Source of the DNA: Gammaproteobacteria bacterium
GTDB taxonomy: Bacteria; Pseudomonadota; Gammaproteobacteria; S012-40
NCBI GenBank assembly: GCA_029884425.1
Contig: JAOUHV010000007.1
Location: forward strand, 11,358 to 75,357
Reading direction: 5' to 3'
DNA: 64,000 nucleotides
A program made the position numbers and the translations under genes. Below, in pieces: positions 50,037 to 59,385 of this stretch. Position 1 is the stretch's first letter, and every line of letters starts with the position of its first letter. A model generated the notes under the pieces. That model ran no database searches, was not told where the DNA came from, and saw only the letters and a list, made by a program, of their open reading frames with translations.

Positions 50037-50516
50037 CTAGTTTGTCAGTGACATCTCAATTTCGGCGAAAGTTAGTGCACGTGGCAGTGAGGATATTTTG
50101 TAGCCGAGCTGCCTTTCAATTTGGCTGGATGAAAAAATACCGCGCAAGTGACAATTGCCATTAATACTGGTTTGTTCGTATACCAGCAAGTGCTGTCGGC
50201 CATGAAATTCCAGTGTTTGGACAATATCCCCCACATGCGATTTTTTGACATCACTCATATTCAGCGCGTCTAGCTGGGAAAGTGGCGTCATCACGTCACG
50301 CACCAGAATATCTTCTCTGCGCCCCGCATGTTTTTGCAAATACCGTACTGGGCGTTCTCCCGAAATGTCGGTTGAGGTAATCAGCCCGGATATTTCGTCT
50401 GCGCGTTCGCTGACAAGCAACATGCGCACGCCGCAGTAAATCATTTTTTCATTTGCCTGGGACATGGTTGATAGCGGTGAAATGCAGTGTGCCTGGGTAA
50501 ATGCCAGATCGGTCAT
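50037..50516 (-). CDS. CBS-pair domain protein
   Basis: Two CBS motifs (GVRMLLVSERADEISGLITSTDI; RQHLLVYEQTSINGNCHLRGIFSSSQI). The start is trimmed to MTDLAF (cat at 50514-50516). Confidence 0.7.
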   Translation of the reverse strand: MTDLAFTQAHCISPLSTMSQANEKMIYCGVRMLLVSERADEISGLITSTDISGERPVRYLQKHAGRREDILVRDVMTPLSQLDALNMSDVKKSHVGDIVQTLEFHGRQHLLVYEQTSINGNCHLRGIFSSSQIERQLGYKISSLPRALTFAEIEMSLTN

Positions 50517-50759
50517 GGTTTTGATCGCAGGATCTTGCAAGCTGACAATGCCTGGTAGCTGATGTAGCGCAGTACAGATGCGTATCCCAGGCGGTAGATA
50601 CGAATAGGGCAGAGGATGAAATGAGTGGTTCATGGGGGTCTCCCTCGGCGGTGTCGTTGTTTTCGGAGAGACCTGATTTTACTGCGGACGAATAAATATT
50701 TTCTGAGGAAAATAATTGGGTTTTTCCCTGGGCGTTATCGCCCAGGGAGGTGTATCGAC

Positions 50760-51734
50760 CTACAGAATACAGACACGGTTGCGGCCAGAACGCTTGGCCT
50801 GGTAGAGCGCCTGATCGGCTTTGTTAAATAAGTTGCCAGGACTGTCTTCGATGGACAGGGTATGTACGCCGATGCTGATAGTGACATTGATGTGGTAGTC
50901 CAGATGTCTGTTTTCGGAATTGGCGATGCTGGTGCGAATGCGTTCGGCAAGAAGCTGGCTGCCGCTTGCATCGGTGTTGGGCAGGAGAATCACGAACTCT
51001 TCGCCACCGTAGCGGAAAATAACGTCCGAGGATCGAATGCAGCGACTGATGCTGTTGGCGACGGAGCGCAGTATCTTGTCACCGGCACTGTGTCCAAAGC
51101 GATCATTGACGCGTTTGAAAAAATCCACGTCGGCGCACAGCAGGGTCAGTGGTGTGCCATGGCGTCGTGCCAGATCGATTTCCCGTTGAATGGTTGATTC
51201 CATCATGCTGCGGTTGTTGACGCCGGTCAGTGGGTCTTTGGCGGCGTTGAGCAGGGCTTTTTCATACATCAATGCGTTGCGAATCGGGTAGGCCAGATTG
51301 CTCGACAGGCGATGGATGTTTTCCAGTTCAAGCAGATTAAATGGCGTGGGATCACGATCGAAACGCAGTACGCCTATTATTTCGCTTTTTCCGGGAACTT
51401 TTAACGTCATGACGTAATGTTTGTCAGCCTCGCGCCCAGCCTGATGTTTGATACCTTCAGTACAGGTAAAACTGAGACCGTCATGGGGGACAAGACGGCT
51501 CAATTCATTGGAGAACATGAGCAACAGCCTGTCGATGTCCAGTGTGGTCTGCAGACTTTGGGTCAGCTTCAGCAGATTTTCCTGGCTGTATTTTTCGACA
51601 GTGCGGGAGGCGGTTGAAACGCGGTAGGTGTCGGCACCGGCGGAGGTTGGGACGAGAGCTGGGATACCTTGCATAACATGTTTCTCCAAAGTGGCTTGGT
51701 TGGAGAATTGCGACAAATGTGCCAAGCGCGTCAT
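50760..51734 (-). CDS. GAF-GGDEF diguanylate cyclase
   Basis: C-terminal GGDEF domain with active-site RYGGEEF plus RxxD-like I-site context. N-terminal GAF-like sensory domain. 324 aa. Confidence 0.88.
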   Translation of the reverse strand: MTRLAHLSQFSNQATLEKHVMQGIPALVPTSAGADTYRVSTASRTVEKYSQENLLKLTQSLQTTLDIDRLLLMFSNELSRLVPHDGLSFTCTEGIKHQAGREADKHYVMTLKVPGKSEIIGVLRFDRDPTPFNLLELENIHRLSSNLAYPIRNALMYEKALLNAAKDPLTGVNNRSMMESTIQREIDLARRHGTPLTLLCADVDFFKRVNDRFGHSAGDKILRSVANSISRCIRSSDVIFRYGGEEFVILLPNTDASGSQLLAERIRTSIANSENRHLDYHINVTISIGVHTLSIEDSPGNLFNKADQALYQAKRSGRNRVCIL

Positions 51735-51927
51735 GTTTTTGGCGAATGCGGGTGTTGTGCGGTAATTTGTTGTTTATTAAAGGTAAAATGACTTTGTTGG
51801 GTATCGATTTGCTGAAATGTTGGCAGTGCTGCTGAACAAATAGTCTGGGGGGAGATGATGAGCGGCAAGGGTTTGCCGGCATGAAACTGCCCGTAAAAGA
51901 AACGGCAGCCTAGGCTGCCGTTGTGGG

Positions 51928-52425
51928 TTATTTCTGGATCTGGCTATTGATGAGGAAGTTGAAATAGAACCGCCCCAGATTTTCGATTTCGATGGGGATG
52001 GTCAGCATTTGCTTGGCATCTTCCAGAATGCCGCCCAGCTTCTTGGTGTCAGAAACGAAGTAGGTAGGCGAGAAATCAATTTCGATGTCAGATTTTTCCA
52101 ATTCTGCGATGGCCGGGGCAATAGCCTGCTGGGAAAAATCCGCCAGTGCGTTGATGATGTCGTCGTTCATCTTGGTGTGCTTGGTTCCCAGCAATTTGTT
52201 GCCGATTGGCAACGCCGTTTCCGGGTAATGATGCACAACGATACGACCGGTAATCACCCCTTTGGTGTTGCAGACCAAGGCATAGCCCTCGCAACCGAAA
52301 GTGGCCAGGTTTTCTTCAAAACCTGCGTTGGCTTTTGCCTGGTATCCAGCGACTTTTTTCAGGTGAGCAATGATGTGGGTCACGAACGGCGTCGTGACTT
52401 TGTTTTGTACAACACTCAGGCCCAT
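51928..52425 (-). CDS. Hypothetical 165-aa protein (possibly roadblock/LC7- or V4R-like small sensor module)
   Basis: Soluble, with a conserved-looking GCEGYALVCNTKGVITG stretch. No confident family. It lies 190 bp upstream of, and co-oriented with, the GAF-GGDEF gene. Confidence 0.4.
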   Translation of the reverse strand: MGLSVVQNKVTTPFVTHIIAHLKKVAGYQAKANAGFEENLATFGCEGYALVCNTKGVITGRIVVHHYPETALPIGNKLLGTKHTKMNDDIINALADFSQQAIAPAIAELEKSDIEIDFSPTYFVSDTKKLGGILEDAKQMLTIPIEIENLGRFYFNFLINSQIQK

Positions 52426-52512
52426 ATTGGTTCCCTCTGGTTAATCTAGGGGTTATATCGGGAGGTGCTGCCAGACCTTTACCTCGATCAGTCAGTTATC
52501 GATCGCATCCGC

Positions 52513-53211
52513 TTACCAAGGGATAAGACTGCCATCGATGTCGTAATACTTACCATTGTCAGCATGGGTGACGTTGTCCAGGATGTCAAACATGGCTTTG
52601 ACACTTTGGGCAGTGGTGATTTCTGCGTGTGGTCCACCCATTTCGGTTTTGACCCAGCCGGGATGCAAATTGACACAGGTAAAGCCTTGCGGTGCCAGAT
52701 CAATGGCCATGCTTTTCATGATCATGTTCAGTGCGCATTTGGAACTGCGATAGGCATAACAGCCACCAGAGTGGTTGTCGTCAATGCTGCCCATTTTGCT
52801 GGTGAGGTTGACGATGAGCTTGCGTTGGCCGCGACTGAGATTGGCATGCAAGGTCTCGGCGATTTTCAGCGGCGCGATGGTGTTGATGCTGAAGGTATCC
52901 AGCCAGCTTTGAACATCCAGGGTGCCAAACTCCTGCTCGTCGGGACCATAGGTGCCGGCGTTGTTGATCAGGATGTCCAGAGGCTCGTGCTTGAGTTCAT
53001 AGGCCAATGCCTGGATCTGGGCGGGATCGGCGACATCCAGCAGGTGCACACTGACCAGTCCGCCGGACATGCGAGCAACCTCAAACAGTTTTTGTGGGGT
53101 GTGCGGATCACGGACACAGGCAAACACCCGCCATTGCTTGCGCACGGCTTGTTTTACCATTTCCAGGCCAATGCCACGCGAGGTGCCGGTGATGAGTACT
53201 CGATATTGCAT
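52513..53211 (-). CDS. Short-chain dehydrogenase/reductase (SDR)
   Basis: TGTSRGIG (TGxxxGIG) cofactor motif, NNAG and catalytic YxxxK (YAYRSSK). The start is trimmed to MQYRVLITG (cat at 53209-53211). Confidence 0.85.
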   Translation of the reverse strand: MQYRVLITGTSRGIGLEMVKQAVRKQWRVFACVRDPHTPQKLFEVARMSGGLVSVHLLDVADPAQIQALAYELKHEPLDILINNAGTYGPDEQEFGTLDVQSWLDTFSINTIAPLKIAETLHANLSRGQRKLIVNLTSKMGSIDDNHSGGCYAYRSSKCALNMIMKSMAIDLAPQGFTCVNLHPGWVKTEMGGPHAEITTAQSVKAMFDILDNVTHADNGKYYDIDGSLIPW

Positions 53212-53286
53212 TTTCCGTTGACTCCGTCTGAGATTTCGCCGGGCATATGGTATCATCGCCGCTGTTTTTTGCCTTGTGGACTGGCG

Positions 53287-54105
53287 ATGATCGAAGGAAA
53301 TTTGCGCAAAATGGCCGTTTCGCTGGCCGAGCCTGTTCGCTACCAGTTGTGTCTGGATGAGGAACGTCTGGAACTGAACCCCTATCTGGGGCAGCGGATT
53401 CATTTGCAGCACACCGGCGAAATATTCTGTGTGGCCTGTGGTCGTAAGACCAAAAAAAGCTTTAGCCAGGGTTACTGTTATCCCTGCACCCAAAAGCTGG
53501 CGCAATGCGATATTTGTATCGTCCGTCCCGAAAAATGCCATTTTGCCGCCGGCACCTGCCGCGAACCCGACTGGGCGCAACAGCATTGTTTTATTCCGCA
53601 TTATGTCTATCTGGCCAATTCATCGGGACTGAAGGTGGGGATTACTCGCGGCAGTCAAATCCCAACCCGCTGGATTGACCAGGGAGCGACCCAGGCCCTG
53701 CCGATTTTCCGTGCGTCGTCGCGTTTTAAAGTTGGTATGCTGGAAGAACTGCTCAAAAAACAGGTCGCCGACAAAACCGATTGGCGCAAGATGCTCAAGG
53801 GCGATGCGCTGGCACTGGACTTGCCTGCTTGCCGTGACCGGATATTTGAACAATCTGGAATGGAGATTGATGCGTTGCTGGCGCAGTTTCCGGGAGAAAT
53901 TGAACCACTGCGCGCTGAAGCAGTCACCACGATTACGTATCCGGTCAATGAATACCCACACAAGGTCAGTTCACTGGATTTTGATAAAACCGCCGAGGTT
54001 TCCGGTGTGCTGCAGGGTATCAAGGGACAGTATTTGATGCTCGATACGGGCGTGATTAATTTGCGCAAATTTGGCGGGTATCGTCTCAGGTTTGGAACAG
54101 AATAA
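53287..54105 (+). CDS. DUF2797-family protein (Cys-rich zinc-ribbon-like N-terminus)
   Basis: CVACG...CYPC...C..C...C...C cluster followed by a conserved GLKVGITRG core. The start is trimmed to ATG 53287. Confidence 0.6.
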   Translation: MIEGNLRKMAVSLAEPVRYQLCLDEERLELNPYLGQRIHLQHTGEIFCVACGRKTKKSFSQGYCYPCTQKLAQCDICIVRPEKCHFAAGTCREPDWAQQHCFIPHYVYLANSSGLKVGITRGSQIPTRWIDQGATQALPIFRASSRFKVGMLEELLKKQVADKTDWRKMLKGDALALDLPACRDRIFEQSGMEIDALLAQFPGEIEPLRAEAVTTITYPVNEYPHKVSSLDFDKTAEVSGVLQGIKGQYLMLDTGVINLRKFGGYRLRFGTE

Positions 54106-54106
54106 T

Positions 54107-54760
54107 ATGCAAATCGAATTTTGGCAGGATCGTTGGAAAGAGGGACAGATCGGTTTTCACCAGCACGAAGTGAATCCATATCTTTTGCAGTATTGGCACG
54201 AATTGGAAAAGACCCCGGGTAAAGTCTTTGTGCCACTGTGCGGCAAAAGTAAGGATATGCTGTGGCTGCATGCTCATGGCCATCCGGTGTTGGGTGTGGA
54301 AATCAGCCCGATTGCCGTTGAGGCGTTCTTTCAGGAAAACGATCTGGAACCGGTGACATCTGCCTCGGCTGGTTTTGATAAATACGGCGCGTCGGATTTG
54401 GAGTTGTGGTGCGGGGATTTTTTTGATTTGCATCCACTGGACCTCAAGGGCGTGACGGCGGTTTATGACCGCGCGTCGTTCATCGCCATGCCACCGGATT
54501 TGCGTCAGCGCTACGCGGCCAAAATGTGCGAGTTGCTGGTCAAGGGCACTCAAGTGTTGCTGGTGACGATGGAATACCCGCAACACGAAATGCAGGGGCC
54601 TCCGTTCAGTGTGTCCCAGGACGAGGTGGAGCGACTCTACAGTCGTTGCTTCAGTATCGAGCCGGTGGCGAGTTACGACGTGTTGGCTGCCAATGCCCGA
54701 TTCCGCGATCGTGGCATCAGCGCCATGCATGAGCGGGTGTATCTGCTCGTCCGCCAATAG
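54107..54760 (+). CDS. tpm: Thiopurine S-methyltransferase
   Basis: FWQDRWKEGQIGFHQHEVNPYL...VFVPLCGKSKDMLWL...VLGVEISPIAVEAFF is a characteristic TPMT N-terminus. 218 aa. It starts 2 nt after the DUF2797 stop. Confidence 0.88.
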   Translation: MQIEFWQDRWKEGQIGFHQHEVNPYLLQYWHELEKTPGKVFVPLCGKSKDMLWLHAHGHPVLGVEISPIAVEAFFQENDLEPVTSASAGFDKYGASDLELWCGDFFDLHPLDLKGVTAVYDRASFIAMPPDLRQRYAAKMCELLVKGTQVLLVTMEYPQHEMQGPPFSVSQDEVERLYSRCFSIEPVASYDVLAANARFRDRGISAMHERVYLLVRQ

Positions 54761-54989
54761 CCCCATTTTCCATTTCGGTGAATCACGCCCTACAATTCGG
54801 GTCATGCCCAGCTCCGTTGGGGCCGATCCAGTAATGGGGGTATGACCGAAAGCGGTTGGGCAAAAGTGCCGATACCCCATTAGAATCAGGCTAATAATGT
54901 GCGCATTCGTCGCTGCGGCGGATGCGAGCGTATATCCGGCATAACTTTTTGATAGTATGGACAGATTAGACTGAAGTGTGGATGTGACC

Positions 54990-57989
54990 ATGCGGCGTTG
55001 GATATGGGGCGTGTTGATGTGGAGTGTGGTCGGGGGCGCGGGAGCAACTGCCTCGGCGCTGCCTGCGCACGTCCAGTCAAAGGCCAATGGCTGGGCCATG
55101 CCGCAGTTTTTCGAACAAAATCGAGGTCAGGCCGGTAAGGAAACGCAGTTTCAGGCCAAAACCAGCGACTATCTGGTCAGCATTGGTGACGCAGAATTTA
55201 CCTTATTGCCTCGGGTAGCCGGGAGCCAGCCGTTGCGGTTTCGTTTTCTGGGGGCCAAGGCCACTGGCCCGGTGAAAGGCGAACAGCCGCTGCGCACCAA
55301 GGTGAATTACTTCGTCGGTAAGCGCCCGGCAGACTGGACACGCAACATTTCCACCTTTTCCCAGTTACGGCAGCCGCAGATCTATCCAGGCATTGATTTG
55401 GTGTACCGCTTCAATGCCCAGCATCAATTGGAATACGACCTGCTGGTGTCGCCCGGTGCCGATCCCCGGCAGATTCGACTGCAACTGGATGATCCCTCAC
55501 CACTGAGTCTGGCTGCCAATGGTGCCTTGCAGGTGAAAACACCCCAGGGCGTGGTCGAGCACCAGGCTCCGGTCGTGTTTCAGCACAAAGACGGCAAGAC
55601 TATCCCGGTGGCTGCACGCTATCGTTTGCTGCCGGGTAATCAGTTGACGATGACGCTGGCCAGATATGACACAGCCCGCACGCTGGTGGTGGACCCGGTT
55701 CTGAAGTTTTCCAGCTACTTTGGCGGCAGTGATCGTGATGTCGTTCAGGGCGTGGCCTGGCGCGAGGCCGATGGCAGCTTGTACCTGACCGGTGGTACCT
55801 CCACGCAGGCGGACATTGCGACCAATGACAGCTACACCGTCGTCAACAGTGGGCTGTTAAGCGGTGGGCAGCAGGGCACGCCCTATCAGGCAGTGTCCGG
55901 TGTTGAGGCCACCACCTGCACCCTGAATTATGATCCCGCCCGCGGCAACGGTACGGTACAACATTTTCCTGCTTATGATGCATTCGTTGCCAAAGTGGAT
56001 TTGCAGACCGGCGATGTGCTGTATGCCACCTATTACGGCGGCTGCGAAAACGAGCAGGCCCGAGATCTTGCGCTTGATGCGGCAGGCAATGTTTACATTG
56101 TTGGCACCACCAAGTCGACCGATTTGCCTACCAATGGCATACAGAGCCAGTTGACACCTACCTCGCCGGGCAGTAACACCTACGAGGTGGATGCGTTCGT
56201 TGCCAAATTCGATACCAATGGCCAATTGGTTTATGGCCGCTATGTTGGCGGTTCGGCGGATGATTATGGCCGTGCTATCAAGGTAGACATTGAGGGCTAT
56301 GCCTACATCGTGGGCAATACCAGCTCACCGTACATGATCAGCGCTCAGGGACAGTTCACCTGCTTTGGCCGGGTAGACCCAGGTTTTGAGGGCGACAGCT
56401 GCTACCAGGGGCAAACCGATGCGTTCATGGCACGGATTCATCCCAGCGGTACGGTGACTACGCATGGCACCTACATCGGTGGTTATGGCACCGACTGGGC
56501 GGCTGACTTGGTGCTGAGCAACGCCACAGGGGCGGCGGTGAAAATTTACGTTGCCGGAACAACCGCCGCGACCATGGCTGACCCCAATGATCCAGCCTAC
56601 AGGCATGGCTTCCCACTGAAGGACGGGCGGCCGCCGTACAAGTACTACGTGCCGGGTAATTGCGGTGATAGCGGCGTGGATTTCGTCAACGACAAGCATC
56701 CCTGTCGTGATGGGTTTGTGGTGGTGATGGACAGCATGGGCGAACAACTGTTGTACACCACGATGATAGGCGGGGCGGGTGACGACGTGGTAACGGGGGT
56801 GGCGGTGGATACCACCAACAACATCTACCTGACCGGCTACAGCACGTCTGAGGGAGCAATTGTCGGTCCTGCGGGTCCGGGAAATATCGAGAATCCGAAA
56901 CTGATCGCCACCGATCCTGATCGGGAAATTTTTGTGAGATTTCCTTTGGTTAACCAGGTGTGGAACAGCTCTGGCCTGGAAACCAATGTGTCGTTTTATG
57001 ACGGCACGGCTCCCAAAGCATTTTTGACCAAATTTGATGCGGTTGCTGGCTATGATTCCGTACAGTTTTCGACCTTCGTGGGCGGATCTGACGTCGACAA
57101 AGCAACTGGTGTGGTGGTTCACACGGTACAGACGCTAGAGAACGGCATGTCGGTCAAGAAAAACAATATCTATCTGGTTGGCCAGACGTTGTCGCAGGAT
57201 TTTAAGCCGATGAGCGACGCGTTTAAATCGGCGGCGGACAGCGAAGATATTTTTCTGATCAAGATGGAACAAAACGAAAGTGCCGATCCGGCGGCGACTA
57301 AAAATCCGCGAACGCGTTATGCGACCCTGCTGGGGGCGGAGGGCCTGGATTCGCCCAAGGCCATGGCGCTGGTGGTGGAAGCCGGCATCAATAAAGGCGT
57401 GGTGATTGTCGGCAAGACCTCATCGCGGCGCTTTCCCACCACCGCCAATGCCACCAACCCAAATGCCATTGGCGGACCGGATGACGGTTTTATCACTTAT
57501 GTGACCGATGAGACGTTTTCGACCAATCTTAAACTGACGCCGGCCGGTTATCGCTTGCCGGTGAACGTGGGCGACTTGGCAGAATTCGTTTACCAGGTGA
57601 CCAACGAAGGCAGTTTGCCGGCCGAGCAGGTGCGGGTGTCGATTAATCTTCCTCCCAGCGTGATTGTCACTAACAGGCCCAGTACTTGCCTGCTAGAAGA
57701 CAAGCGGATTTTGTTTTGCGATTTGGGGACTCTGGACGCCGTTGGCGGTCTGAATAGCAATACAGTGAGTTTTGGTTTTAAACCGTTGGTTGGTGGTGTA
57801 TTGCGGGTGCGTGTGTCGGTACTGAGCAACTTGGTGGATGCCAATCTCGACGATAGCAGCGTACAAACCACCATGCGGGTAGCCGAGCCGGAGTATTACG
57901 CCACGGCCCGCCTGCAAACCGGTTTTATTTTGTTGCTGGGACTGCTGTTACTGATTACCCGAACCCTACTGAAGCCGCGTTCTGTCTAG
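54990..57989 (+). CDS. Large secreted beta-propeller (SBBP-repeat-like) protein with a C-terminal DUF11-like Ig/CARDB-fold domain and a C-terminal hydrophobic helix plus basic tail
   Basis: Signal peptide (WGVLMWSVVGGAGATASA). Multiple repeats of the form ...YATYYGG...D.A..LA.DA.GNVYIVG.T.S.D.P..., then a DUF11-like domain (LAEFVYQVTNEGSLPAEQVRVSINLP). It ends ...RVAEPEYYATARLQTGFILLLGLLLLITRTLLKPRSV. Confidence 0.7.
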   Translation: MRRWIWGVLMWSVVGGAGATASALPAHVQSKANGWAMPQFFEQNRGQAGKETQFQAKTSDYLVSIGDAEFTLLPRVAGSQPLRFRFLGAKATGPVKGEQPLRTKVNYFVGKRPADWTRNISTFSQLRQPQIYPGIDLVYRFNAQHQLEYDLLVSPGADPRQIRLQLDDPSPLSLAANGALQVKTPQGVVEHQAPVVFQHKDGKTIPVAARYRLLPGNQLTMTLARYDTARTLVVDPVLKFSSYFGGSDRDVVQGVAWREADGSLYLTGGTSTQADIATNDSYTVVNSGLLSGGQQGTPYQAVSGVEATTCTLNYDPARGNGTVQHFPAYDAFVAKVDLQTGDVLYATYYGGCENEQARDLALDAAGNVYIVGTTKSTDLPTNGIQSQLTPTSPGSNTYEVDAFVAKFDTNGQLVYGRYVGGSADDYGRAIKVDIEGYAYIVGNTSSPYMISAQGQFTCFGRVDPGFEGDSCYQGQTDAFMARIHPSGTVTTHGTYIGGYGTDWAADLVLSNATGAAVKIYVAGTTAATMADPNDPAYRHGFPLKDGRPPYKYYVPGNCGDSGVDFVNDKHPCRDGFVVVMDSMGEQLLYTTMIGGAGDDVVTGVAVDTTNNIYLTGYSTSEGAIVGPAGPGNIENPKLIATDPDREIFVRFPLVNQVWNSSGLETNVSFYDGTAPKAFLTKFDAVAGYDSVQFSTFVGGSDVDKATGVVVHTVQTLENGMSVKKNNIYLVGQTLSQDFKPMSDAFKSAADSEDIFLIKMEQNESADPAATKNPRTRYATLLGAEGLDSPKAMALVVEAGINKGVVIVGKTSSRRFPTTANATNPNAIGGPDDGFITYVTDETFSTNLKLTPAGYRLPVNVGDLAEFVYQVTNEGSLPAEQVRVSINLPPSVIVTNRPSTCLLEDKRILFCDLGTLDAVGGLNSNTVSFGFKPLVGGVLRVRVSVLSNLVDANLDDSSVQTTMRVAEPEYYATARLQTGFILLLGLLLLITRTLLKPRSV

Positions 57990-58034
57990 TTGCTTCCGCC
58001 CGGTGCGGAAAAACACAAGGAATTGGCTTTACTC

Positions 58035-58910
58035 ATGGGACACATCAACGCCGCTTTGGATTGGCTTATCCAGTTTTTCAACACCGTCTGGCCCTTGGTG
58101 GTATCGACGTTTGTTGGTGGCTGGCTGGCGTTTCAGTACATTCGTCGGCACGAACATCGTCGCGAACTGGAGCAGCGTTTTGCCAGGCTCAAGCTGGTCT
58201 ATTTTGTTCTTTCCAGTCAGCGGCACCGTTTGCAGCGCCTGCAAAAAAATGCGCTGCAACCCTATGCCGCCAGTTCGCGCCGTGCGGAAATGATGCCGCC
58301 AATTCAACTGCATGACGATTTTCCCCGGCTGGATATGCCACAGCTACCGGGTTTGTTTGAGCAGGATTCGGTCGAGCTGCTAAACGAAATGATCGATGTG
58401 GAGCAGCGCTTTCTCGACGTGGCAGATTTGCTCAAACGGCGAACCCGCTTGATACGGGCCGAGCCGGTGAATCTGGCGCAGCTCAAGGTGGAAACGGATA
58501 AGCTGTACGAAGAAGTGCCCATACTGGAAGAACAGTACGGCGAAGCCCTATACAGCCTGAACCGCTACATGGAATCCCAGCCGCGCGGTATTGGCGGCGA
58601 AACCCTGGACTACATTGCCTGGATGGTTTGCTCGGTTTGTGGGGCGACGGCGGCGGTGTTTTTCTTCAGCCATTGGGCGATAAACTCCTCGGCGGTGGTG
58701 GAAATGGGGCTGGATATATCGCTGGTTTCGGCTTTGGTGTTTGCTCTTTCCCTGTATTTTTCTCTGGCTTTAACCGCCATTGTGTTCATTATGGGCGTGT
58801 ACACGGCCATTAAAAAGCTAAAGAGTTCATTGATTTATGTCTTGTCCCTGCTGTTGGCGGCCGCCCCCGTGCTGTATTTGATGTGGGCTGACTACAACAT
58901 GATGACTTGA
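58035..58910 (+). CDS. Hypothetical polytopic membrane protein (1 N-terminal + 3 C-terminal TM, central coiled-coil-like region)
   Basis: It begins 45 nt after the stop of the giant protein on the same strand. The start is uncertain (TTG at 57990 or ATG at 58035). No family recognised. Confidence 0.45.
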   Translation: MGHINAALDWLIQFFNTVWPLVVSTFVGGWLAFQYIRRHEHRRELEQRFARLKLVYFVLSSQRHRLQRLQKNALQPYAASSRRAEMMPPIQLHDDFPRLDMPQLPGLFEQDSVELLNEMIDVEQRFLDVADLLKRRTRLIRAEPVNLAQLKVETDKLYEEVPILEEQYGEALYSLNRYMESQPRGIGGETLDYIAWMVCSVCGATAAVFFFSHWAINSSAVVEMGLDISLVSALVFALSLYFSLALTAIVFIMGVYTAIKKLKSSLIYVLSLLLAAAPVLYLMWADYNMMT

Positions 58911-58972
58911 AAAAAGCTGAGAAAACCGCTATATTATTAATTACTAATATTAAGCCGGTACAGGAGGCTGTT

Positions 58973-59338
58973 ATGGCGGTTATAACCCTGGGTAAAGACA
59001 ACTTTGAAGAGGTGATCAGCGACAACAAGATTGTGATCATCGATTTTTGGGCTTCCTGGTGCGCGCCTTGTAAAATGTTTGGACCGGTGTTTGAGAAAGC
59101 GGCCGAGCGTCATCCCGACGTGGCATTTGCCAAGGTCAACACTGAAGTTGAGCAGGAACTGGCGCAGTACTTCCAGGTGCGTTCCATCCCGACCGTGATG
59201 ATTGCCCGCGAACAGATCTTTGTGTTCTCCGAGGCCGGCGCTCTGCCATCCAGTGCGATTGATGAAATCCTCGGTAAAGTGCGCGAGCTGGATATGGACG
59301 ACGTCCGCAAATCCATAGAACAGCAACAACGTGCATAA
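58973..59338 (+). CDS. Thioredoxin
   Basis: WASWCAPCKMF active site (CxxC) and thioredoxin-fold cis-Pro (IPTV). AGGAGG SD 6 nt upstream. 121 aa. Confidence 0.88.
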   Translation: MAVITLGKDNFEEVISDNKIVIIDFWASWCAPCKMFGPVFEKAAERHPDVAFAKVNTEVEQELAQYFQVRSIPTVMIAREQIFVFSEAGALPSSAIDEILGKVRELDMDDVRKSIEQQQRA

Positions 59339-59369
59339 AAAAACGGTCCCAGCAGGGACCGTTTTTTTT
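59337..59369. terminator. Bidirectional rho-independent terminator
   Basis: aaaaaaa-cggtccc-agca-gggaccg-tttttttt between convergent thioredoxin and the DUF853 gene. Confidence 0.85.
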
Positions 59370-59385
59370 CGGGGTTGAGGCCGGG

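Noticed and set aside
56325-57122. 265-aa minus-strand ORF inside the giant beta-propeller gene
   Set aside because: It is an antisense artefact of a long, Gly-rich repeat-containing coding region.
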